Positions 1 through 9,022 are shown, counted from the stretch's first letter. The stretch: DNA of 64,000 nt from Clostridia bacterium (GCA_017550035.1 JAFYLS010000079.1:1925-65924), one strand, 5' to 3'. Translations and numbers: made by a program. The notes: generated from the sequence alone by a model not told the origin.

Positions 1-750
1 ATCATCATAGTTTCCTTCCAGTCCTTTACTGCGCGCATACTGGATGGGCGTTGGGATATTATGCTGATTCAGATGCCGAACAATTCCCGTAACTCCCATG
101 CTCTCAGCAGCCAGAGCGAATATCTTCTTAACAATAGCAGCCGCCTCCTGATCCGGAACCAAACGATTGTGATCAAAATCTGCCTTTTTGTAACCAAAGG
201 GGACTTTGGGACCAATGAACATTCCCTGCTGTGCTTTCATATCTAAAGCAACCTCAACTTTCTTTTTTGTATCAAGTGGAATTTGTTCGTTAATCAGGTT
301 CGTGATAGGGATTCGGATCTGCGTTCCATCAGGGAGATTTACGTCTCTCATGCCATCTGTTGTTTCAAACTGATCAGAAACAGATACAAACCGAATTTTC
401 TTTGAAGGGAAATATCGCTCCAGATAGTATCCGACCATGATATGCACACGCCCTAAACGGGAAAAATCTTTGACGACGATGCAGCCAATATGGCCATCTT
501 CAATATGCCGAAGCATTTCTTGAAATGCAGGGCGATTAAAATGGCGGCCGCTGTATCCATCATCAACATAAAAATGCGCAACGGGCGTTTCGTTTTCATC
601 GCTCCACGCAAGAATAACACGCTTCTGGTTTTCGATACGGTTGTCCATATCATCTTTAACAGAGAGCCGCACATAGCCGACCGTTTCCAGAACGTGTAGC
701 GGATAATGCTTGATCTCTGCTGCTACATGTTTTCTACTTTTGCGCGCCAT
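1..750 (-). CDS. large serine recombinase, N-terminal 250 codons (C-terminus runs off the left window edge)
   Basis: Absent from the ORF track because it is open to the edge. Reverse translation from ATG at 750 gives MARKSRKHVAAEIKHYPLHVLETVGYVRLSVKDDMDNRIENQKRVILAWSDENETPVAHFYVDDGYSGRHFNRPAFQEMLRHIEDGHIGCIVVKDFSRLGRVHIM... The YVRLS (catalytic Ser), DDGYSG and VKDFSRLGR blocks are serine-recombinase hallmarks. The frame stays open to nt 1. AGGAGG (rc of 759-764) lies 8 nt upstream of the ATG. Confidence 0.85.
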   Translation of the reverse strand, partial: MARKSRKHVAAEIKHYPLHVLETVGYVRLSVKDDMDNRIENQKRVILAWSDENETPVAHFYVDDGYSGRHFNRPAFQEMLRHIEDGHIGCIVVKDFSRLGRVHIMVGYYLERYFPSKKIRFVSVSDQFETTDGMRDVNLPDGTQIRIPITNLINEQIPLDTKKKVEVALDMKAQQGMFIGPKVPFGYKKADFDHNRLVPDQEAAAIVKKIFALAAESMGVTGIVRHLNQHNIPTPIQYARSKGLEGNYDD

Positions 751-764
751 ACCTTGGGCCTCCT

Positions 765-803
765 GCCGTACTAAGACTGATTGATTCACAGCCTTAGTAC
801 GGC
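765..803. repeat. perfect 11-bp inverted repeat (gccgtactaag / cttagtacggc) with a 17-nt spacer, in the serine-recombinase 5' leader at the junction with the integrase remnant
   Basis: Read directly: 765-775 is the reverse complement of 793-803. Candidate recombinase binding/att half-sites or a leader hairpin. Confidence 0.6.
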
Positions 804-840
804 ACTTTATCTGACATTCCCTCCTTTTCTGTTTGCTTTC

Positions 841-1056
841 CGCTTCCACGAGCTTAGCCATACCTTTGCCACGCGCATCTTTGAAAAGAACCAAAACGCA
901 CGCGTGGTTTCGGAACTGCTTGGCCATAGTTCAACGGACATTACTTGCCGCATCTATATTCATGTGATAGATCGTGTCAAAGCAGAAGCTATGCAAACGC
1001 TGGAAGAGCCAGTGCGAAAGAAAATAGGAAAACGTAGATATCGGTTAGTATCATGA
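841..1056 (+). pseudogene. tyrosine recombinase/integrase C-terminal remnant (about 70 aa, box II region only)
   Basis: The 781-1056 ORF reads ...RFHELSHTFATRIFEKNQNARVVSELLGHSSTDITCRIYIHVIDRV... This matches the H-x-L-R-H-T-F-A-T ... LGHS ... Y-x-H box II/catalytic-Tyr region of phage-type integrases, but with R replaced by S. The ~250 aa that normally precede it are missing. Confidence 0.7.
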
Positions 1057-1084
1057 AAGAGGGGCGTAAGCCCCTCTTTTTGTA
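1056..1084 (+). terminator. rho-independent terminator
   Basis: agagggg-cgtaag-cccctct followed by a T-run (1058-1081). Confidence 0.75.
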
Positions 1085-1239
1085 TTTTGCCATCTGTATT
1101 TCGGTTAATAGCGGTTTTGCGTATCTTTAGGGTTAATCTGTGCTGTCGATAAGAAAAGGACGTCAGGAAAAATACGGGCGGTAAAAAGCATGTTTGTGCA
1201 TTTGCTGTGTGTTTTCTGCACATGTAATGGTTATACGCG

Positions 1240-1268
1240 TTGCTTGATGGCGTAAAAAGGCGTATAAT
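1240..1268 (+). promoter_or_regulatory. sigma-A type promoter of the R-M operon
   Basis: TTGCTT (1240-1245), 17-nt spacer, TATAAT (1263-1268), 45 nt upstream of the hsdM ATG. Confidence 0.55.
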
Positions 1269-1313
1269 GTATATTGGATAGAAATAAATTCGCCCGAGTA
1301 GGAGCGTGTACAT

Positions 1314-2810
1314 ATGATCACCGGAGAACTGAAAAACAGGATCGACAGCATTTGGAATATTTTTTGGACAGGCGGTCTGACGAACCCGCTGGAGGTCATC
1401 GAACAGATGACTTATTTGATGTTCATTCGGGATTTGGACGATACGGATAATATGCGTGCAAAAGAAGCTGCTATGTTGGGCCTGCCGCACAGAAGTATTT
1501 TTGAAGGTGATGTGCTGGTAGGAGAACGTTCCATTGACGGCAGTCAGCTGAAATGGTCTGTGTTCCGCGATTTTCCTGCGGGGAAGATGTACACTGTTAT
1601 GCAGGAGTGGGTGTTCCCTTTTATCAAGAACCTGCATGGCGACAAAAACAGCGCATATTCCAAATATATGGATGATGCCATTTTTAAGCTGCCCACGCCT
1701 TTGATGCTGGACAAAGTTGTGTCCGCAATGGACGAACTGTATCGCATGATGAGCGAGCAGCAGCATAGCGATGTACGCGGCGATGTGTATGAATACCTGC
1801 TGTCCAAACTGGCTCAGTCCGGTGTAAATGGTCAGTTCCGCACGCCCCGCCACATCATCCGCATGATGGTGGATCTGATGCAGCCCCGTCCTGATGATGT
1901 GATCTGCGATCCCGCCTGCGGCACATCCGGCTTTCTGGTGTCTGCCGGTGAATACCTGAAGGAAAACCATAAACAGGATATTTTCTACAACCGCCAGCGC
2001 AAGGATCATTACATGAACGAAATGTTCCACGGCTTTGATATGGATCGTACCATGCTGCGCATCGGTGCCATGAACATGATGACCCACGGCGTGGACAACC
2101 CCACCATTGAATACCGTGACAGCCTCAGCGACCAGAACCCGGACAAGGATCAATATTCCCTCATTTTGGCAAACCCGCCGTTTAAGGGCAGTCTGGATGC
2201 GGACATTGTGTCCACGGATCTTTTGAAAGTGTGCAAGACCAAGAAGACCGAACTGCTCTTCCTGGCCCTGTTCCTGCGCATGCTGCGCGTGGGCGGCCGC
2301 TGTGCCTGCATCGTGCCGGACGGCGTGCTGTTTGGCTCCTCCACGGCGCACAAGGCCATCCGTAAAACGATTATTGAGGAAAACCGGCTGGAGGCTGTTA
2401 TTTCCATGCCCAGCGGCGTGTTCAAGCCCTACGCAGGCGTGTCCACCGGTATCCTGATCTTCACCAAGACGGGTCATGGCGGCACGGACAATGTGTGGTT
2501 CTACGATATGAAGGCGGACGGCTTCTCCCTGGACGATAAGCGCACCGAAGTGAAGGAAAACGATATCCCGGATATCATTGCCCGTTTCCACAACCGTGAA
2601 GCGGAGCATGACCGTGCCCGCACGGACAAGAGCTTCTTTGTGCCCAAGGACGAGATCGTGCAGAACGACTATGACCTGTCCATCAACAAATACAAAAAAA
2701 CGGAATACAAGCCCGTGGAATACGCCCCCACAGCGCAGATTCTGGCCGAATTGAACGCACTGGAAGCCCAGATCCAGCAGGGACTGAAGGAACTGGAGGG
2801 GATGGTGTGA
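1314..2810 (+). CDS. hsdM: Type I restriction-modification system methyltransferase subunit (N6-adenine)
   Basis: 498 aa. AdoMet motif I is CDPACGTSGFLV and catalytic motif IV is LILANPPFKGS. The N-terminal HsdM-N-like helix bundle starts MITGELKNRIDSIWNIFW. Followed directly by hsdS. Confidence 0.93.
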   Translation: MITGELKNRIDSIWNIFWTGGLTNPLEVIEQMTYLMFIRDLDDTDNMRAKEAAMLGLPHRSIFEGDVLVGERSIDGSQLKWSVFRDFPAGKMYTVMQEWVFPFIKNLHGDKNSAYSKYMDDAIFKLPTPLMLDKVVSAMDELYRMMSEQQHSDVRGDVYEYLLSKLAQSGVNGQFRTPRHIIRMMVDLMQPRPDDVICDPACGTSGFLVSAGEYLKENHKQDIFYNRQRKDHYMNEMFHGFDMDRTMLRIGAMNMMTHGVDNPTIEYRDSLSDQNPDKDQYSLILANPPFKGSLDADIVSTDLLKVCKTKKTELLFLALFLRMLRVGGRCACIVPDGVLFGSSTAHKAIRKTIIEENRLEAVISMPSGVFKPYAGVSTGILIFTKTGHGGTDNVWFYDMKADGFSLDDKRTEVKENDIPDIIARFHNREAEHDRARTDKSFFVPKDEIVQNDYDLSINKYKKTEYKPVEYAPTAQILAELNALEAQIQQGLKELEGMV

Positions 2811-3931
2811 TGGCAAGGTTGGGGGAATGTATTTCGCAGGCACACGTTACCCGCTGCAGACAGAACCAATATCCTGTACTTTCGATTACGATGCAGGATG
2901 GCTTGGTTTTACAGTCTGAGAAGTTCAAAAAGAGAATTGCATCTGTTGATACATCTGATTACCTCGTTATTCCCCGTGGTAAACTGGTACAAGGTATCCA
3001 TATTGACGAAGGCAATTTTGACGTACAAAACCTTGTAGACGAAGGCATCGTTAGCCCTGCTTATAAGGTATGGGACATCAATACAAACATTGCTTGGCCT
3101 GAATACTTAGTCATGTATCTGCGTTCGCCTAAGGCAATTGATTACTTCAAAACAAAATTGATTGGCACGGTAAACAGGCGCGGCCGCATGTCACAAACAG
3201 ATTTTTTCAGCATGCAAATTCCACTGCCGTCCATTGAAGAACAAAAAGTTATTGTTGCAAACCTAAAGAAAATAGCAACACTCATTTCCCTCCGTAAGCA
3301 ACAACTGGCAAAACTGGACGAGCTGATCAAATCCCGATTTATCGAACTGTTTGGCGACCCTGTAGCAAGCAAAAACAAGAGGAAATTGTCTGAGATAGGA
3401 AGGGTATTTACAGGAAATACTCCATCAATGAAGGAACCCTCATACTATAAAAGCAATGATATTCCTTTTATCAAACCAAGTGATATGAATGAAAGTGGAG
3501 TAACATACATTGATGGAGTTGAGGCGTATGTTTCGGAAAAAGCCAGACCTGTTGCTCGCATTATTCCTCCACAAGTAGTTCTTGTGACATGTATTGGTAC
3601 AATCGGTAAAATTGGCATAACCGCAAGGGAAAGTTGTTGCAATCAGCAAATTAATTTTATTATGCCCAATGACGGAATCAATTCGGTATATCTTGCACAT
3701 TGCCTGACTTTTTTCAAAAGTACTTTGCAAAATATTGCCAATGCTCCCGTTGTTCCGATAATAAACAAAACACAGTTTTCCGAGTTGGAGATTCCTGTGT
3801 TTGAGGTGGACAAGCAACAGCGGTTTGCAGCTTTCGTCGAACAGACCGACAAATCAAAACTGGCAATCCAGCAGAGCCTTGAAAAACTGGAAACGCTGAA
3901 AAAATCACTGATGCAGAAATACTTTGGATGA
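2807..3931 (+). CDS. hsdS: Type I R-M specificity subunit with two target-recognition domains
   Basis: 374 aa. The central conserved helix is IPLPSIEEQKVIVANLKKIATLISLRKQQLAKLDELIKSRFIELFG and the C-terminal conserved helix is QQRFAAFVEQTDKSKLAIQQSLEKLETLKKSLMQKYFG. The start overlaps the hsdM stop (GTG 2807 or ATG 2810 versus TGA 2808-2810). Confidence 0.9.
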   Translation: MMARLGECISQAHVTRCRQNQYPVLSITMQDGLVLQSEKFKKRIASVDTSDYLVIPRGKLVQGIHIDEGNFDVQNLVDEGIVSPAYKVWDINTNIAWPEYLVMYLRSPKAIDYFKTKLIGTVNRRGRMSQTDFFSMQIPLPSIEEQKVIVANLKKIATLISLRKQQLAKLDELIKSRFIELFGDPVASKNKRKLSEIGRVFTGNTPSMKEPSYYKSNDIPFIKPSDMNESGVTYIDGVEAYVSEKARPVARIIPPQVVLVTCIGTIGKIGITARESCCNQQINFIMPNDGINSVYLAHCLTFFKSTLQNIANAPVVPIINKTQFSELEIPVFEVDKQQRFAAFVEQTDKSKLAIQQSLEKLETLKKSLMQKYFG

Positions 3932-4140
3932 AGGTGGAAGACATGAAAGGATATGATATAAAACCAAGCATCGAACCGCAGGACAACTATCAGAAGGCAT
4001 ATCTGAAACTCAGAGAGTTTATGGATGCGCTGAGGAATCTCACCCCTGCGGAGCGTGAGCGGCTTGCTTATGAGTTTTTTGGAACAAATGCCTTGATGGA
4101 CCTGTGTAGAAATATGGAGCAAAAAGATTCCGGGCATTGA
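3928..4140 (+). CDS. small hypothetical protein (70 aa, or 65 aa from ATG 3943), restriction-linked ORF
   Basis: ATG 3928 overlaps the hsdS stop (ATGA). The alternative ATG 3943 has an AAGGTGGA RBS. Predicted helical and charged, with no family recognised. Its stop overlaps the next ORF. Confidence 0.5.
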   Translation: MKVEDMKGYDIKPSIEPQDNYQKAYLKLREFMDALRNLTPAERERLAYEFFGTNALMDLCRNMEQKDSGH

Positions 4141-4172
4141 ACAGAGGAAAAGAAGGGTGCTGGAGGTACAAA

Positions 4173-5348
4173 ATGTATGTATTCTTGATTGGCAATGGCT
4201 ACGATTTGTATCATGGGTTTCCAACCAGTTACAAGAACTTCCTTAATGTTATTAGTTTTCTTGTGGATTCATTTGAAGACACGATGAAAACTGTTGGCGA
4301 TGTTCTAGGAAATGAAAAACTTTGTGCGACAGACCACGGGATTGCAAGAAGCTATCATCTGCATAAAGAGCATTATGATATGACTGAATTATCACACGAG
4401 CAGATAGCTGAATTGATACTTGCTGCACGTCACAACTGTTGGTTTAGGTATTTATCAGAAATGAATGGCGGCGAATCCGGTTGGATTGATTTTGAAAAAG
4501 AGATTGCACAAGCCATACGTGCATTTGATGATTTGCCAGAGGTTTTATTGAATGCACTTGCATATGATTCGCGCGCGTTTTCTCCGGAAGTATTGCAGGT
4601 CTTAGAGGCTTTTGGTATCTTTGTAGTTCAGCGTAGTCTGGTAAGTGTCGATGAACGTTATTTTTCTAGCAGGATTCCTAAAAGAAAAGCAAAAAGTTTA
4701 GATTTGAAGCGTGTTGAAGAAACAATGCATGCTTCATTGCTAGAATTGGCAAAGATGCTTGAAACGTATTTAGAATGCTTTGTTGAGCAACCGCTTAATA
4801 AGATACTTGCGGATGGGATATATCCTGTGAGTTCTGTTTTAGATGGTGCGACTAACGTTGTTACCTTCAACTATACGCATACATATGAAAAACTTCATTT
4901 AAGAAGAAATTTCGCTGATAATGTGATGCATATACACGGAAGTGTAGGACAAAAGATTGTACTTGGTGTCGACCCAAATGAGTATGATGAAGCAGGAAGT
5001 CTTGATACTACATTTCTTCGCTTTAAGAAGTATTATCAAAGAGTCTTTTATCGAACTGATACTGCCTATATATCGTGGAAAAGGCGTTTGTTACCTCAAA
5101 ATCGAGCGGTGAATGAGGTTATTGTACGTGTTTTGGGACACTCCCTTGATGTAACAGACAAAGATATCATTACTGCTGTATTCGATATGGCAACTCGGGT
5201 TGAAGTTTTCTATCATGATGAGGATGCCGTAAGTAATTACATTACTAATCTGGTAAACATATACGGCAAAACTGGATTTGACGAGTTACGCGAAAGTAAA
5301 AATGTAATGTTCACTGAATATCCGGAATTAAGGTGGGAGAAGAAATGA
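4173..5348 (+). CDS. AbiH-like abortive-infection family protein (391 aa)
   Basis: GGAGG at 4162-4166 then ATG 4173 (the track ORF starts at TTG 4137). MYVFLIGNGYDLYHGFPTSYKNF, VVTFNYTHTYEKL, VMHIHGSV..IVLGVD and VLGHSLDVTDKDI match, from memory, the GNGFDL / FNYT / IHG / GHS..D blocks of Pfam AbiH (PF14253). The stop TGA 5346-5348 overlaps the hsdR ATG. Confidence 0.6.
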   Translation: MYVFLIGNGYDLYHGFPTSYKNFLNVISFLVDSFEDTMKTVGDVLGNEKLCATDHGIARSYHLHKEHYDMTELSHEQIAELILAARHNCWFRYLSEMNGGESGWIDFEKEIAQAIRAFDDLPEVLLNALAYDSRAFSPEVLQVLEAFGIFVVQRSLVSVDERYFSSRIPKRKAKSLDLKRVEETMHASLLELAKMLETYLECFVEQPLNKILADGIYPVSSVLDGATNVVTFNYTHTYEKLHLRRNFADNVMHIHGSVGQKIVLGVDPNEYDEAGSLDTTFLRFKKYYQRVFYRTDTAYISWKRRLLPQNRAVNEVIVRVLGHSLDVTDKDIITAVFDMATRVEVFYHDEDAVSNYITNLVNIYGKTGFDELRESKNVMFTEYPELRWEKK

Positions 5349-8300
5349 TGTCTAACTTTACCTTTCTTCAGTCCGATGCGCGGTTTGCGTCCTTTGCGGA
5401 TGCGGCGGTGTCGGCGGAGAAGATATACCGCATCGATGCGGCGGCCTGTGTGCTGAATTGCAGACGGGCGATGGAGTTTGCCGTCAAATGGATGTATTCC
5501 GTGGACGGCGGGCTTGAAATGCCCTACGATGACGGTTTGAAGGGATTGATGGACGGAGAAGATTTCCGGAACATCGTGGGCATCGATGTGTGGCGCAGGA
5601 TGGACGTAGTGCGCAAGCTGGGCAACCGTGCCGCCCATGACCATGGACAGATTAACAAAGAACGGGCGGCCCTGTGTCTGGAAAACCTGTTTGTGTTTCT
5701 GGATTTTGTGGCCTATTGCTACGGCGAAAACTACGCAGAGCATCATTTTGATGCTGCTTTGCTGGAGGCCGCAGAAGCGCCTGCTGCGTATGTGGTATTG
5801 CCTGATCCTGACACGGAAAAGAAACTGCAGCAGCTGATGCAGGAAAATGCCTCTCTGCGGGATGAACTGACCGCCCGCCGCGAAGCCCAGCAGCAGACCT
5901 ATGTGCCCAAGCCCCTCGAACTGAGCGAATACAAGACACGCAAAATCTATATCGATTCCATGCTGCTGGACGCCGGTTGGGTGGAAGGTAAAGACTGGAT
6001 CAATGAAGTGGAATTGCCCGGCATGCCCAATAAGAGTGAAGTGGGCTATGCGGATTATGTGCTGTATGATGATATGCAGCGTCCTCTGGCAGTCATTGAA
6101 GCCAAACGCACATGTGTAGATGTAAGCAAGGCGCGTCAGCAGGCACAATTGTATGCTGATCTGCTGGAACAAAAGTATCACCGCCGCCCGGTCATCTTTT
6201 TGACCAATGGTTTTGAAACCCGTATTGTGGACGGGCAGTATCCGGAGCGCAAAGTTGCGTGTATCTATTCCAAGCGGGATTTGGAAAAACTGTTCAACCT
6301 GCGTCGTATGCGTACCAGTTTGAAACATGTAACGGTCAATTCTGGTATTGCAGGGCGTTATTATCAGGAAGGGGCTATCAAAGCTGTTTGCGATGCCTTC
6401 GATAGAAAGAACAGGCGCAAGGCGTTGCTGGTCATGGCGACGGGCAGTGGTAAGACGCGTACAGTAATTGCCTTGTGTGATGTGCTGCTGCAGCATGGCT
6501 GGGTGAAGAATATCCTGTTCCTTGCGGATCGCAACAGTCTGGTTACGCAGGCCAAGCGCAGTTTTGTGAACCTGATGCCGGATCTTTCTGTGACCAACCT
6601 GTGCGAAGAAAAAGATAATTTCACTGCGCATTGTGTGTTTTCTACTTATCAGACCATGATGAACTGCATTGACAGCATCAAGGATGAAAAGGGAAAGCTT
6701 TTTACCTGTGGGCATTTTGATCTGGTGATCTGCGATGAAGCACACCGCTCCATCTATAATAAATACAAGGATATCTTTACCTATTTCGATGCACCGCTGG
6801 TGGGTCTGACGGCTACCCCAAAAGATGAAATTGACAAAAATACCTATGAAATCTTTGAACTGGAAAGCGGCGTACCGACCTACGGGTATGAACTGAGCCA
6901 GGCTGTCAAGGACGGCTATCTGGTTGATTATATGTCAGTGGAATCTACGCTGAAGTTCCTGCAGGAAGGCATCGCGTACGATGAACTGACTGACGCAGAA
7001 AAGCAGGAATACGAAGATTATTTCATCGACGAACATGATGATTTGCCTGACCATATTAACTCCTCTGCGCTCAATGACTGGGTTTTTAATGAGGATACCA
7101 TCCGCCAGGTGCTGCATATCCTGATGGAAAAGGGATTGCGCATTGAATACGGCGAGAAACTGGGCAAGACAATCATTTTCGCCAAGAATCATCAGCATGC
7201 GGAAAAGATATTTGAGATTTTTAATCGGGAATATCCGCACCTGAACGGTTATGCCAAAGTGATCGACAACTACCTGAACTACGCACAGAACGCCATTGAT
7301 GAGTTTTCTGTTGCGAATAAGCTCCCGCAGATTGCAATTTCTGTGGATATGCTGGACACCGGTATTGACGTGCCGGAAGTGCTGAACCTTGTGTTTTTTA
7401 AGAAAGTTCGCAGCAAAGCCAAGTTCTGGCAGATGATTGGTCGCGGAACACGATTGTGCGAAGGCCTGCTGGATGGTGAGGATAAGAAATTATTCTACAT
7501 CTTCGATTTCTGTGGGAATTTCGATTTTTTCCGTAATGGCAAGCCCTTCCAAGTGCCTAACACGATTCCGCTTCAAGGGGCCATTTTCTTCCTGAAAGCC
7601 AAGCTTGCATATAAATTGCAGGATATGGATTATCAGACGGAAGAATTAATTCCATTCCGCAAGAATCTGATTCAGGATATGATTGAAAAAGTCAGAGAAC
7701 TGAATAAAGAGAATTTTGCTGTGCATCAGCATCTGAAGTTTGTGGAACTGTATTCGGTGGAGAAAAATTATCAGGCACTGACATACGAGGATACGTTGCT
7801 GATCGGTTCGGAATTGGCACCTTTGATCCAGCCTGATGGGGACCATGCGCAGGCAATGCGCTTTGATGCACTGATGTATGGAATTGAATTAGCATACTTG
7901 ATTGGGAAAAAATATACCCGGGCAAGAAATGATTTGATTCGCAAGGTCAATGGTCTGGCTAAGATTGCCGCCGATTTTCCTGAAATCATGGCTCAGAAGG
8001 AACTGATACATGATGTGCTGCACACGGCCTATGTGGAAAATGCCGGTATTAACGAATTTGAACACATTCGTGAACAGCTGCGAGATTTGATGAAGCTGAT
8101 TCCACGAGAAAAACTTTCGTACACCACGCATTTTGATGACGTACTGCTTTCTGTAGAGTGGAACGAATCAGAACTGGAAAATGATGATTTGAAGAACTAC
8201 AAAGCAAAAGCTGAGTTTTACGTCCGTCAGCATCAGGATCATCTGGTGATTGCTAAACTGAAAAAGAATGTACCTTTGACAACAACGGATGTGAACACAT

Positions 8301-8656
8301 TAGAAGGAATTTTGTGGAGCCAGGTTGGTACGAAAGAAGAATATGAAGCAGAGTATGGTCAGAAGCCATTAGGGGAGTTTGTACGCGAAATTGTAGGTCT
8401 GGACATGAATGCCGCGAAAGAAGCATTTGCACAGTATCTGAATGATGTGAACCTGGACAGCAGACAGATCTATTTTGTCAATCAGATTGTGGAATACATT
8501 GTCCATAACGGTTTGATGAAAGATTTGGCGGTCATGCAGGATGCGCCTTTTACTGATCAGGGAACAGTTGTGGAATTGTTTTCTGAAGACTTACGTATCT
8601 GGGAAAGTATCAGAAATACAATTGCACAAATCAATGCGAATGCAGTGGCACTATAA
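5345..8656 (+). CDS. hsdR: Type I restriction endonuclease subunit R (DEAD/DEAH helicase-nuclease)
   Basis: N-terminal DUF4145-like segment. PD-(D/E)xK nuclease GYADYVLYDD...VIEAKR. Helicase motif I is LLVMATGSGKTRT, motif II is VICDEAHRS and motif VI is QMIGRGTRL. The C-terminal region is EcoEI-R-C-like. ATG 5345 is preceded by AAGGTGGGA. Confidence 0.93.
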   Translation: MMSNFTFLQSDARFASFADAAVSAEKIYRIDAAACVLNCRRAMEFAVKWMYSVDGGLEMPYDDGLKGLMDGEDFRNIVGIDVWRRMDVVRKLGNRAAHDHGQINKERAALCLENLFVFLDFVAYCYGENYAEHHFDAALLEAAEAPAAYVVLPDPDTEKKLQQLMQENASLRDELTARREAQQQTYVPKPLELSEYKTRKIYIDSMLLDAGWVEGKDWINEVELPGMPNKSEVGYADYVLYDDMQRPLAVIEAKRTCVDVSKARQQAQLYADLLEQKYHRRPVIFLTNGFETRIVDGQYPERKVACIYSKRDLEKLFNLRRMRTSLKHVTVNSGIAGRYYQEGAIKAVCDAFDRKNRRKALLVMATGSGKTRTVIALCDVLLQHGWVKNILFLADRNSLVTQAKRSFVNLMPDLSVTNLCEEKDNFTAHCVFSTYQTMMNCIDSIKDEKGKLFTCGHFDLVICDEAHRSIYNKYKDIFTYFDAPLVGLTATPKDEIDKNTYEIFELESGVPTYGYELSQAVKDGYLVDYMSVESTLKFLQEGIAYDELTDAEKQEYEDYFIDEHDDLPDHINSSALNDWVFNEDTIRQVLHILMEKGLRIEYGEKLGKTIIFAKNHQHAEKIFEIFNREYPHLNGYAKVIDNYLNYAQNAIDEFSVANKLPQIAISVDMLDTGIDVPEVLNLVFFKKVRSKAKFWQMIGRGTRLCEGLLDGEDKKLFYIFDFCGNFDFFRNGKPFQVPNTIPLQGAIFFLKAKLAYKLQDMDYQTEELIPFRKNLIQDMIEKVRELNKENFAVHQHLKFVELYSVEKNYQALTYEDTLLIGSELAPLIQPDGDHAQAMRFDALMYGIELAYLIGKKYTRARNDLIRKVNGLAKIAADFPEIMAQKELIHDVLHTAYVENAGINEFEHIREQLRDLMKLIPREKLSYTTHFDDVLLSVEWNESELENDDLKNYKAKAEFYVRQHQDHLVIAKLKKNVPLTTTDVNTLEGILWSQVGTKEEYEAEYGQKPLGEFVREIVGLDMNAAKEAFAQYLNDVNLDSRQIYFVNQIVEYIVHNGLMKDLAVMQDAPFTDQGTVVELFSEDLRIWESIRNTIAQINANAVAL

Positions 8657-8660
8657 AAGT

Positions 8661-8706
8661 AACCGGGAGCGGAGAACTCAGTTCTTTCGCATCCCGGTTT
8701 GTTTTT
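8661..8706. terminator. bidirectional hairpin terminator between convergent hsdR and the xis-like gene
   Basis: aaccggga (8661-8668) pairs with tcccggtt (8692-8699), followed by tgttttt. It overlaps the last codons of the minus-strand ORF. Confidence 0.55.
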
Positions 8707-8887
8707 CGAGCCAATTTTTTATTTCTTCCTGTATGATATAGAATTTTCTCCCGATACGTACGGAAGGAAAATCTTTGCGTTTTACCAGATCATATACTTT
8801 GTGAATGCCGATAGGTGTATTCAAAGTGCGATTGATTTCTTCATAAAACTGGTGCGGGGAAATGAGAGTGACATTATTATTTTGCAT
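8678..8887 (-). CDS. excisionase-family (MerR-like) helix-turn-helix DNA-binding protein
   Basis: 69 aa. ...FYEEINRTLNTPIGIHKVYDLVKRKDFPSVRIGRKFYIIQEEIKNWLEKQ is the typical short Xis/AlpA-type HTH_17 pattern (...fP..riG.r..i....l..Wl). Confidence 0.7.
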   Translation of the reverse strand: MQNNNVTLISPHQFYEEINRTLNTPIGIHKVYDLVKRKDFPSVRIGRKFYIIQEEIKNWLEKQTGMRKN

Positions 8888-9022
8888 AAATATATTTCCT
8901 TTCGGGTTTGGTTTGGGAGATGGAATAATAATTGCTATGCAGGCGTATGAAAAGGCGGAAATGATAGAAGATGTAAACTACCCCGGGGCTTTTCCTGATG
9001 CTTATTGAGGTAATAAAGTCTT

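Noticed and set aside
960-2843. 627-aa minus-strand ORF covering hsdM
   Set aside because: It is an antisense shadow of a gene with clear HsdM motifs on the plus strand. Its sequence is low-complexity and His/Gln/Val/Gly-rich, with no RBS or recognisable domain.
2807-3931. Phase-variable (shufflon-type) hsdS locus driven by the adjacent recombinases
   Set aside because: There is only one complete hsdS. I found no silent partial hsdS copies or inverted TRD repeats, and the nearby tyrosine recombinase is a remnant.
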